This document shows positions 32,165 through 40,914 of a stretch of 64,000 nt of DNA, piece by piece. Each line of letters starts with the position of its first letter. Position 1 is the first letter of the stretch. The translations under genes and the position numbers were made by a program. The stretch is from Candidatus Poribacteria bacterium (lineage in GTDB: Bacteria; Poribacteria; WGA-4E; WGA-3G): positions 800,001 through 864,000 of the forward strand of contig CBDANF010000002.1 in NCBI GenBank assembly GCA_965197475.1. The letters are read 5' to 3'. A model generated the notes under the pieces. The model had not been told where the DNA came from and made no database searches. It was given only the letters and a program-made list of their open reading frames with translations.

Positions 32165-32590
32165 ATGAATATGAAACCTTACGAATACATAGAACATACT
32201 GCGGATGCGGGGATGCGCGTGAGAGGTGACACACTGAAATCACTTTTCACTCATGCAGCACAAGGTTTGTTTGAAATGATAGCTGTTGTGGACACTATTG
32301 ACGAAACGACATCAATTGATGTTCACATTACGGCTGAATCCCCTGAAATGTTATTAGTTGCATGGTTAGATGAATTAATTTTTAGACACGAAACGGATGA
32401 GATTTTCTTTAAGCATACCGAAATTAGCAACATCAGTGCAACGGAGTTAGTTGCTAAGGTATATGGTGAACCTACAAATTTTGACAAACATGTTGTATAT
32501 ACGGAAATTAAGGCAGTCACATATCATCAATTATATGTGATTCAAAATCCAGACGGTGCTTGGGAAGCGCAAGTAATTTTTGATTTGTGA
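32165..32590 (+). CDS. Archease
   Basis: YEYIEHTADAG and EIKAVTYHQL...AQVIFDL. Confidence 0.92.
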   Translation: MNMKPYEYIEHTADAGMRVRGDTLKSLFTHAAQGLFEMIAVVDTIDETTSIDVHITAESPEMLLVAWLDELIFRHETDEIFFKHTEISNISATELVAKVYGEPTNFDKHVVYTEIKAVTYHQLYVIQNPDGAWEAQVIFDL

Positions 32591-32618
32591 GGTATCGCCC
32601 GACTAAGCTAAGTGAATG

Positions 32619-34400
32619 TCAGATTTTATTTGCTTCTTCAATACGAATTAACTGATTTGACTGGATATTTTTAAGTTTGTTGACTTTACCAGAATGCCAA
32701 AAAACCTCAATTGTTTCAATTATGGTGTCGTTTTTTATACCGAAGATAGCAGTTAATTCACTCTGAGAACAGTAACTTGAACCACTTTTAATAGTTCGGG
32801 TTTGTGTGCCAATAGCGGAAGTAATTCGGACGCGTGCACCTATGCCGTTACGGTTACTCAAGCGTCCAATTAGTCGGATTTTAAGCCAATGATTGCGGTT
32901 TCCACCATCACTGCGATACAGATGCGCGGGCCCGTTTGACGTGGTAACAAGTATATCTATATCTCCATCGTTATCAATGTCACCGTAGGCTGCGCCTCTG
33001 CCAACAATCGGTTTTGCTAAATCTGGTCCTACCTTATTGAGAACATCAGCGAACTTCCCGTCGGAAATGTTGCGAAATAGGTGTGGTTGTTGTGCGAAAG
33101 TGACTTCACTCTGGACAATGTTTATATCATTTTCAACATGCCCGTTTGCTGTGAAGATGTCAAGGTTTCCATCAAGGTCAAAATCGAGAAAGAAACAACC
33201 GAAGGTGAGCGTCAATAGAGAGGCTTTTCCGAGTTGGGCAACAGGCGCATCGTCAATAAAAAAATCGCCTTCGTTGTGGTAAAGATTTAACATTTCATTG
33301 GAAAAATTCCCAATAATAAGGCTTTCTCTACCACTAAGGTCGTAGTCAGCGGCATCAACACCCATTGCGCCTGTTGCCACGCCACTCTCGTTATATGCTA
33401 CGCCTGCGATCATCCCAACTTCAATGAAAGTGCCATCGCCATTGTTTTGATAAAGTTTATTGGGTTGTGTATCGTTTGCCTCAAATATATCAGATAATCC
33501 ATCTTGATTATAATCAAGTATACATACACCTAACGATTTACTTGAGGAATCGTTTATACCTGCAATGCGCGAGACATCTACAAATGTGCCATCGCCGCGA
33601 TTGCGAAAAAGTTTACTCGCTTGACCAGTATACGATTCAGGTGTACAGTAAGATTTGTTTACCCCATCAAGTGTGCAGAAAATGTCTGTTTCTATACTCC
33701 ATTCAACGTAATTTGCTACATATATGTCAAGATGGCCATCCATATTGTAATCAAACCAAGCACAACTTGTGCCGAAACCTTGATTATCAATCCCCGCTGT
33801 TTCAGTCACATCAAGAAAAGACCCATCCCCCCTATTTTGAAATAGTTTGTCAGCATTGAGACAACTCAGATAAATATCATCATCTCCGTCGTTATCGTAG
33901 TCTGCAACAGCAACACCCATGCCGTATAACGGTATATTCAAGCCAGCAGCTTCAGTAATATCAGTGAAAGTCCCGTCCTGATTGTTACGGTATAGTGCTA
34001 AGGTTTGTCGCTTTCCGGTCGGATGTTCCGCCCAATCTTTTCCATTCACGAGGATGATGTCTTGCCATCCATCTGCGTTGTAGTCAAGAAAGGCACACCC
34101 GGATCCCATTGTTTCAGGTAAATATTTTTTTCCGAAAGCACCGTTGTTATGGACAAAATTTATGCCTGCTTTTTCAGTGATTTCGGTAAATTGAGGTAAC
34201 AAATCTCCCGAAACACTCACGGTAGTGAAGACACAAGTGAGCAAAACACAAAATATCAACATTTTGAAAAAAACTGAATGAAAAAAAGAGTGAGGGGTGC
34301 CTATTGAAAAAGTAAGTTCATAAATACCCACTTTCCTATTTCGCGCAGTATTCCCTTTTTTCATTTCTGTTCGGACAACAATGGGCATTTGCGTGTTCAT
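32619..34400 (-). CDS. CRTAC1-family protein (FG-GAP repeats + ASPIC/UnbV domain)
   Basis: ETMGSG, repeated DYDNDGD.D, SNRNGIGARV, SGSSYCSQSE. Start codon uncertain. Confidence 0.88.
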   Translation of the reverse strand: MNTQMPIVVRTEMKKGNTARNRKVGIYELTFSIGTPHSFFHSVFFKMLIFCVLLTCVFTTVSVSGDLLPQFTEITEKAGINFVHNNGAFGKKYLPETMGSGCAFLDYNADGWQDIILVNGKDWAEHPTGKRQTLALYRNNQDGTFTDITEAAGLNIPLYGMGVAVADYDNDGDDDIYLSCLNADKLFQNRGDGSFLDVTETAGIDNQGFGTSCAWFDYNMDGHLDIYVANYVEWSIETDIFCTLDGVNKSYCTPESYTGQASKLFRNRGDGTFVDVSRIAGINDSSSKSLGVCILDYNQDGLSDIFEANDTQPNKLYQNNGDGTFIEVGMIAGVAYNESGVATGAMGVDAADYDLSGRESLIIGNFSNEMLNLYHNEGDFFIDDAPVAQLGKASLLTLTFGCFFLDFDLDGNLDIFTANGHVENDINIVQSEVTFAQQPHLFRNISDGKFADVLNKVGPDLAKPIVGRGAAYGDIDNDGDIDILVTTSNGPAHLYRSDGGNRNHWLKIRLIGRLSNRNGIGARVRITSAIGTQTRTIKSGSSYCSQSELTAIFGIKNDTIIETIEVFWHSGKVNKLKNIQSNQLIRIEEANKI

Positions 34401-34403
34401 ACC

Positions 34404-35108
34404 TCACTTCATTTTAAGGTTGCCCCAAGTCGTTGCGAGTTTATCTTGCGGTGCAACAGCATGTGGTCTTCGTCTTCCGGGACCCCCATTTGGAATATTG
34501 TCTCCAGTGATTTCGACATCATCAAACCGTGCGCGACCATTCGTAACGACAAAACCTGCCTGCCCTCCTGGTAATGGGTTAGGATCAAATGTAGTGAGCA
34601 CCGTGTCGTCAATTTGGAATTCAAGCATTCCATCTTCGTGAACGGTGGCAGTTAGCTCATACCAGGTATCTATTTCCGCAGCAAACTGGCGTATCACATT
34701 TCCACCACCTTGAATCGATTTTTCTATTACGGCGGAACCACGTACGTAATCAATATAAAATACATAGCGGCTATCTGCGTGTCCTCTGTCGTGAAGCGTC
34801 AGTCCAATTGCAGGCGGCTCGTTTCTTTTCTGAACCAACTTTGCGCGGCAGGATACACTGTAGCTCTCCCACTTAAGATCTCCTGTTATCCAGAGACTCC
34901 AAAACCCCGCTAAAAAGATTTCGCCAACTGCTTCGTTGTCATTAATCCACCACTTTTCAACCTGTCGGTCAAGGTTAAAGATTTTCCATTCGTGGGTGTC
35001 ATTGTCTTCAAAGTCGTCTCGCCATGTGCCTGCAAAAGTCGGTAATACCAAACACATTGCAAGAGAAACAAAAATAATGCAAATAATTATTACCATCGAA
35101 TTTTTCAT
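34404..35108 (-). CDS. Secreted beta-sandwich protein with KLATTWG C-terminal motif
   Basis: Signal peptide, AGTWRDDFED, ARFDDVEITG. Ends VAPQDKLATTWGNLKMK. Confidence 0.75.
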   Translation of the reverse strand: MKNSMVIIICIIFVSLAMCLVLPTFAGTWRDDFEDNDTHEWKIFNLDRQVEKWWINDNEAVGEIFLAGFWSLWITGDLKWESYSVSCRAKLVQKRNEPPAIGLTLHDRGHADSRYVFYIDYVRGSAVIEKSIQGGGNVIRQFAAEIDTWYELTATVHEDGMLEFQIDDTVLTTFDPNPLPGGQAGFVVTNGRARFDDVEITGDNIPNGGPGRRRPHAVAPQDKLATTWGNLKMK

Positions 35109-35118
35109 TGTTTACTCC

Positions 35119-38100
35119 TTACGTTTCAGTAACAACACACTGCCCTTGTGAATCAGCATAAGGACAAGAACAGCAATGGTTAAGGTTTTTTTCATAGTTT
35201 GCGTTTTGCAGCGAAGATATTCTTTGCTGCCACTGTTCCATAATCTTCTGTAAATCGGTAGTGCTAAAGCACATCTTTTCATACGTATTTCGTCCTGTAA
35301 AGAAGAAATAAATTGTCACAGTTGGTTGATCGGGATAGGCTTTGTGGAATAGTAGACTGTATAGTTCCGATTGTGGTTTATAGTCCTCTAAATCTTGTGC
35401 TTCAAACGTTTTGTAATTGATTGCCTGCCATTGTCCTGTTTGATCTTTAAATAGCCGGTCAATTTTACCAGAAATGATATGCCCATTAATATCCGCGTGA
35501 ATTTGGCGGTTGGTATATGTTTTTGACGCTGAAAGTGCGGTTTGTCCCTGTTCAGAATAAAGAAAATTATTGACATGTGTCCGAAGCATTACTTTAAGTT
35601 CACTTGTTATCTCAGAATAATTCTTGGTTGCCCAATTAATTAGGCTTTCAAGATTTCCTAAATGCGCGGGGTGTTTGATTTGAGCAAGAACGCGGAGGAT
35701 AACGGTGTTCATATCGGTTTCATCCCAATCCGATTGCTCTTTTTCAAGTGGTGAAATTTGTAGTAAATTTTCCAAGTAATAACGTAGCGGACAACGCGCG
35801 TAGTTGGTAAGTTCAGGGACAGAAAAGGATGTACCGAAATCGGATCGCTTCAGATCATGAAATGGAAGTTCAGGGAAATCAACTGAAACTGTTTCATCAG
35901 ATACTTTGTCAACATCCTTAGTTTCATAAAACCGTTTGATAATTGGAATATGTAGTTGGAACTTTTGGTTAGTAGTACCGTTATTTGAATAAACCTCCAA
36001 CTTAACATCTAAGGTCTGTGAATCATCTTCTTTACTGATGCCAAGGTGTTCAAAAAGCCATTTTAACATGTTATCCGGTTTATTGTAATCATTGAGTGAC
36101 CCCGATAAGATAAGTCGATCTTCGGCTCGGGTTGCACCGACATAAAACAAGCGTTTCTTTTCTGCTTCATCTTTTGCTGAAGCACTATCTTTCATCAAAC
36201 TAACAATCTCCGGTTCAGTTTTCGCGTAACCTTCGTTCGGCTTAAGTGGACCGAAACCGATACCGAGTTTCTCATCAATAAATGGTTCTGTTACGTACTT
36301 TCCCCTACGATTAAGACATGGAAGTATAACTATAGGAAATTGTTTGCCTTTGGCAGAATGGATAGTCATTATTTGAACTGCACCACTGCTTTCTTCAATT
36401 GGAGCTTGTCCCTCGCGAGGCTCATCAGTAATTAAGATGTCTAAAAAATCGATGAAATCAGCAAGCGTCTGTTCGTTTTCATCTCCGTCAAAATTTCTGG
36501 CAAGGTCTAATAGTTTTTGGTAGTTTGCCCATCTTTGTTGCCCCTGTTTACCCAATTTTAGTGTTCCGATCATCCCTGTTTCATTGACGATGGTTAGTAT
36601 GAGTTGATTTACTGGCATGCGGTGCGCAACTTGTTTGTGATCTTTTAAAGTGTCAATTGCGTTTTTGAGTCTGTCTGTAGGTGCTATGTAGTTTAGCACT
36701 TTTTCCCAAAAACTTTTCTCTTTTTGCAGCGAAATCTCGTACAGTTCGGTGTCAGAAATACTGTAGGCAGGACCGCGTAGAATTCCCACAAGAGATGTAT
36801 CGTTTTCCGATGGTGCGTTAAGAAAGTTGAGGTAGTTCCAAATATCGTAGATTTCTTGTCGTTGATAGAAACCGACACCGCCTGTAGTGAGGTAAGGGAT
36901 GTCTGCAGAAAGTAGAGCATGTTCAATATCAGGCAATTGGCTCCGGGCCCGTATGAGTATGGCAATGTCGCCATACTTAATTGTGTGTGGTGGATTATCC
37001 TTATCTGCACTTTGCTCCGATACTTTTTCACTGTTCCTTAACATCTTTTTGATATGCTGTGCGATGAGTGCACATTCGTTTGCTGTCTCGTTGCTTTTCT
37101 CTCCGAGGATAATTTCTACAGCACCTTCTGCTTCTTCAGCGCGCGCGGCAGTAAGAGGCTCATACGGAACCCCAAATTCGGTTTCTTCTCCATCTTCCAT
37201 CAAGCGTTGAAAAAAATAATTGGCAAACCCTACAGTATTTCGCAGTGAACGGAAATTTTCTTTAAGTGGAATATCATTACCTCCACTCTCACCTATTTTT
37301 TGCTTTGTTTTATCAAACACACGGACATCTGCACCGCGAAACCCGAAAATACTCTGTTTCGGATCACCAACGATAAATAGATTGGCATCTTTGAGGTCAT
37401 TAGTGAGGAGCATCACTAACTCATATTGTAATTCGTTTGTATCCTGATATTCATCTATCATGTAGTAGTTGTACCGCTCCACCAGTTTCTGGCGGATTTC
37501 ACCACTGTTTTTAAGCAGGTCGCGGGTTTTAATTTGTAGGTCGGCATAGTCAAGTTTACTTTGAGTGAGTTTATTTTTTTGGTATTCGTCAAAAATCCGC
37601 CTGTAGAGGATGAGCAAGTCGCGAGTTGTGCTAAGTAGAAATTCGTCATCTGTTTCGCCTTCATCTGTATCAAAGGATGGGGTAGATTTAATTTTTCCCG
37701 CTGCCGATTCCAGAAATTTGATCTCAGCCTCAATTTCTGCTGTGTTGACGCGGCTTCCCAGAAAATTTGTTTTAGCGATAGTACCACTTTTAATTGTAAT
37801 CAACTCCGCAATTTCTTTAAGCAAATTCAGTACGCTGGGCAAACTTGGGTTATGATCGGGTAGCACTTCTAATTTTGAGGTTAAAATATTTACCTCTGCC
37901 ACATTTTTACCCTTGGCAACCTCTAAAACGACTTTCAGACATCGGATAAATTCTACCACCTCGGTTTCCGACAGCAATCCTGCTTGGAGTGCTTTTTTCC
38001 ATACATCAGATATCTGTTCACTGTTTGGATCGGCATAAACATTTTTTATGAGGTGTTCAATTATCTCACGTTTTTCTACCATAGTGGAAAAAAGCTCTAC

Positions 38101-38589
38101 AAGTTTTTGTCCATTTACGTAACGTTGTAAAGAATGAAGGAGTTGATCGTAATGTTTGTCTGTAGGGTCTGTCGCTATCTGCGTGAGGGTATTTTTAATA
38201 GCCTGTTTTAGCAAAAGTTTCTGTTCGATGCCTTGCAGAACATTGAAATTGGCTGGAACACCGGCTTGGAAAGGAAATTCTCTTAGAATACGTGAGCAGA
38301 ACGCGTGAATAGTTGAAATAGGGGCTGTATTCATCTTCTCAACGTGTCTTTCCCGAATATCTGTATTTTGAGGTTCATTCAGTTTTTCTATAATACGTCC
38401 TTTCATTTCAGCAGCAGCTTTATCTGTGAATGTGATAGCGACGATCTGTCCGGGGATCGCATCCCCCTCCTGCAAAATTTTGAGGTAACGTTCAACTAAC
38501 ACCGTCGTTTTTCCAGAACCGGCACCAGCAGTGACGCAGATATGTTGATTAATATTGAGAGCTTTTCGCTGATTTGGTGTTAGATTCAT
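35119..38589 (-). CDS. UvrD-family helicase with C-terminal RecB-like/Fe-S domain (AddA/AdnB-like)
   Basis: AGAGSGKT, STIHAFC, IDEYQDTN, VGDPKQSIFGFRGAD, MTIHSAKG, LFYVGATRA. C-terminal CP...CCSCPY...C. Confidence 0.88.
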   Translation of the reverse strand: MNLTPNQRKALNINQHICVTAGAGSGKTTVLVERYLKILQEGDAIPGQIVAITFTDKAAAEMKGRIIEKLNEPQNTDIRERHVEKMNTAPISTIHAFCSRILREFPFQAGVPANFNVLQGIEQKLLLKQAIKNTLTQIATDPTDKHYDQLLHSLQRYVNGQKLVELFSTMVEKREIIEHLIKNVYADPNSEQISDVWKKALQAGLLSETEVVEFIRCLKVVLEVAKGKNVAEVNILTSKLEVLPDHNPSLPSVLNLLKEIAELITIKSGTIAKTNFLGSRVNTAEIEAEIKFLESAAGKIKSTPSFDTDEGETDDEFLLSTTRDLLILYRRIFDEYQKNKLTQSKLDYADLQIKTRDLLKNSGEIRQKLVERYNYYMIDEYQDTNELQYELVMLLTNDLKDANLFIVGDPKQSIFGFRGADVRVFDKTKQKIGESGGNDIPLKENFRSLRNTVGFANYFFQRLMEDGEETEFGVPYEPLTAARAEEAEGAVEIILGEKSNETANECALIAQHIKKMLRNSEKVSEQSADKDNPPHTIKYGDIAILIRARSQLPDIEHALLSADIPYLTTGGVGFYQRQEIYDIWNYLNFLNAPSENDTSLVGILRGPAYSISDTELYEISLQKEKSFWEKVLNYIAPTDRLKNAIDTLKDHKQVAHRMPVNQLILTIVNETGMIGTLKLGKQGQQRWANYQKLLDLARNFDGDENEQTLADFIDFLDILITDEPREGQAPIEESSGAVQIMTIHSAKGKQFPIVILPCLNRRGKYVTEPFIDEKLGIGFGPLKPNEGYAKTEPEIVSLMKDSASAKDEAEKKRLFYVGATRAEDRLILSGSLNDYNKPDNMLKWLFEHLGISKEDDSQTLDVKLEVYSNNGTTNQKFQLHIPIIKRFYETKDVDKVSDETVSVDFPELPFHDLKRSDFGTSFSVPELTNYARCPLRYYLENLLQISPLEKEQSDWDETDMNTVILRVLAQIKHPAHLGNLESLINWATKNYSEITSELKVMLRTHVNNFLYSEQGQTALSASKTYTNRQIHADINGHIISGKIDRLFKDQTGQWQAINYKTFEAQDLEDYKPQSELYSLLFHKAYPDQPTVTIYFFFTGRNTYEKMCFSTTDLQKIMEQWQQRISSLQNANYEKNLNHCCSCPYADSQGQCVVTET

Positions 38590-38602
38590 TTATCTATTAT
38601 TT

Positions 38603-39676
38603 CTAATTGTTTATAGGCAATGGCACAATTGCTTTTGGAGATAGTGAAATATTAACGGTTTCTCCCGGCTTCTTTGTTTCAGTGCCAGGATCATGAATGA
38701 TAGCTTTGAGTTTGAGGGTATCTACTATTCTCAATTCGTATTCTTCAACCCTACCAAGATAGGTGACCGCCCCAACTTTGGCGGTTAATTGGTTTTGTGC
38801 AGAATTCCCATGGAGATGAATCGTCTCGGGACGGATGGAACAACTCACCTCTTGTCCGGGCGTGAAATTATGGTATACACATTCAGAGTGAAGCACACCT
38901 ACAGATGTTTCAATCGTAGCTTTGCCGTTAGAAATTTCTTGAATATTACCGGTAATGAAATTCGTTTCACCCACAAAACTGGCAACGAAAGGGTCTACTG
39001 GAGATTGATAGATTTCGCGTGGTGTGCCGACTTGAACGAAAACACCATCTTTCATGATTGCCATGCGGTCTGCCATTGAAATAGCCTCAATTTGGTCATG
39101 AGTTACATATATCGTCGTAATTTGCGTTCGGTTGTGGATGTCTTTGATTTCATCGCGTAAATTCTGGCGAAGTGCAGCGTCTAAATTACTGAGAGGTTCA
39201 TCAAGAAGTAGCACACTCGGTTCAATCACCAATGCACGTGCCAAAGCGATTCGTTGTTGTTGCCCACCGGAAAGCGTGTTAACAGGTCGGTCATGATATT
39301 CGGTCATCTGAACCATCTCAAGAACAGTATCAATTTTTTCTTTGCGGACCGGTTTGTCAAGTTTTCGGAGTCTCAGCCCATATTCAATGTTTTCAGCGAC
39401 AGTCATGTGTGGCCACAAGGCATAGTTTTGGAAAACCATGCCGGTGTTGCGTTGGTGTGGCGAGACGTTATTCATCACCTTATCATCAAACCGTAGCTGC
39501 CCAGCATCTGGACGGTAAAACCCGGCAATCACACGCAGCAACGTTGATTTTCCACAACCTGATGGTCCGAGCAGGAAAAACAGTTCACCGGGCGCAATCG
39601 TCAAGGATATATTATTGACTGCTACTGTGGTATTAAATGCTTTTGTAATTTGATTCAATTGGACACTAACTGACAT
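38603..39676 (-). CDS. ABC transporter ATP-binding protein (PotA/FbpC type, TOBE domain)
   Basis: GPSGCGKS, LSGGQQQR, LLLDEPLSNLD, YVTHDQ. Confidence 0.92.
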   Translation of the reverse strand: MSVSVQLNQITKAFNTTVAVNNISLTIAPGELFFLLGPSGCGKSTLLRVIAGFYRPDAGQLRFDDKVMNNVSPHQRNTGMVFQNYALWPHMTVAENIEYGLRLRKLDKPVRKEKIDTVLEMVQMTEYHDRPVNTLSGGQQQRIALARALVIEPSVLLLDEPLSNLDAALRQNLRDEIKDIHNRTQITTIYVTHDQIEAISMADRMAIMKDGVFVQVGTPREIYQSPVDPFVASFVGETNFITGNIQEISNGKATIETSVGVLHSECVYHNFTPGQEVSCSIRPETIHLHGNSAQNQLTAKVGAVTYLGRVEEYELRIVDTLKLKAIIHDPGTETKKPGETVNISLSPKAIVPLPINN

Positions 39677-39715
39677 AATGAATATCTTAACCTAATTTGG
39701 AACGAAACTCAATTC

Positions 39716-40085
39716 GTAGGTTGGGTAGAGCACAAGCGAACCCAACTATCTAATCATATTGTTGGGTTTCACGTTGTTCTACCCATAACTGTCAACTTAA
39801 GAAAATTTCTATATTTTTCGAACACTGTTCAATACTTGCTATGATTGAGACTGTCCCATATTTAGTCCCGTAGGAACGATATGTTTATAGATTCGTGTTT
39901 ACTGTCTCTTGAGCTCCGTCCGAGCGACATATAGATTTTATACACATACCGCCTCTACGAGGCTCAAGAACGCGGGGTAACGCCTTTTCTATAAACATAC
40001 CGCCTCTACGAGGCTATATACATGAAAAACAAATTCAGATCCTTAAATTAAGGCTATGGGTTTCACGTTGTTCTACCCAACCTAC
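39716..40085. mobile_element. Composite repeat: REP-like doublet interrupted by a MITE that carries further REP-like units
   Basis: 23-bp direct repeat TGGGTTTCACGTTGTTCTACCCA at 39763-39785 and 40057-40079. Insert ends are TAACTGTCAACTTAAG and CTTAAATTAAGGCTA. ACATACCGCCTCTACGAGGCT occurs twice inside. Confidence 0.7.
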
Positions 40086-40101
40086 TGGTTTGAAAAAACG
40101 C

Positions 40102-40914
40102 TTATTCATCTACATACTTGACACATCGGAAACCGATAGTACTCCCCGAAGTGAGATGATACCAACGGTCAGCAATACGCAGGTCATCAGGACTTTCACC
40201 CCATCCGCCACCGCGCAAAATACGAAAATTTTCATTGTCTGGTGCAGATTGTCTGCCGAAACGCGGGTTGTTTAGTGGTGACATCTCATAGAATTCACCG
40301 TTGTATTCGTCAAAACACCATTCCCAAACATTACCTGCCATATCAAATAAACCGTAACCATTAGGAGGAAAACCACCGACAGGTGATGTCCATTCCCAAA
40401 CATCGTTACCACCAATGCCACCGAAATTTGCATCATCATGTGTTATTATATCACCAAATGGATACTTATTTCCAATGAGATTACCGCGCGCCGCATACTC
40501 CCATTCAGCTTCAGTCGGCAGCCTTTTGTTTGCCCAGTTTGCATAAGCAACAGCATCGCGCCATCTCACATTCACGACCGGATCATTCGGTTTGTTGAAC
40601 TTTGGGTCGTGCCATAGAGATGGTGGTGGATATCCAGTTGCTGATACGAACTGCTGGTATCGGGCATTTGTAACCTCATGTATGTCTATGTAAAACGCAT
40701 CAACAAAAACCTCATGAACTGGGTACTCGTCTTCATTTCCCATGCCTTCATGAGGATTTCCCATCTGAAAGGTGCCGGATGGAATTAGCCGCATTTGTGC
40801 ACCATCAATCAGAGATACCCTTATGTCAGCCAATTCCTTTGATGGCACAGCTTTTTGAGATGTTTCCGTGCATGCACATAGAAAAATTATTGAAAGGAAG
40901 ATAATGCCTTTCAT
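40102..40914 (-). CDS. Formylglycine-generating enzyme-like (SUMF1/EgtB fold) lipoprotein
   Basis: F.MG, HEVTN..Y, RLPTEAEWEYAARG, GLFDMAGNVWEW, RGG.W, IGFRC. The FGE catalytic Cys pair is absent. Confidence 0.88.
   Translation of the reverse strand: MKGIIFLSIIFLCACTETSQKAVPSKELADIRVSLIDGAQMRLIPSGTFQMGNPHEGMGNEDEYPVHEVFVDAFYIDIHEVTNARYQQFVSATGYPPPSLWHDPKFNKPNDPVVNVRWRDAVAYANWANKRLPTEAEWEYAARGNLIGNKYPFGDIITHDDANFGGIGGNDVWEWTSPVGGFPPNGYGLFDMAGNVWEWCFDEYNGEFYEMSPLNNPRFGRQSAPDNENFRILRGGGWGESPDDLRIADRWYHLTSGSTIGFRCVKYVDE

Noticed and set aside
39940-40020. CRISPR array from the repeated ACATACCGCCTCTACGAGGCT
   Set aside because: Only two copies, inside a MITE, and no cas genes.
40102-40914. DGR target (C-type lectin/FGE fold ending in IGFRC)
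   Set aside because: No template repeat or reverse transcriptase is visible in the window.
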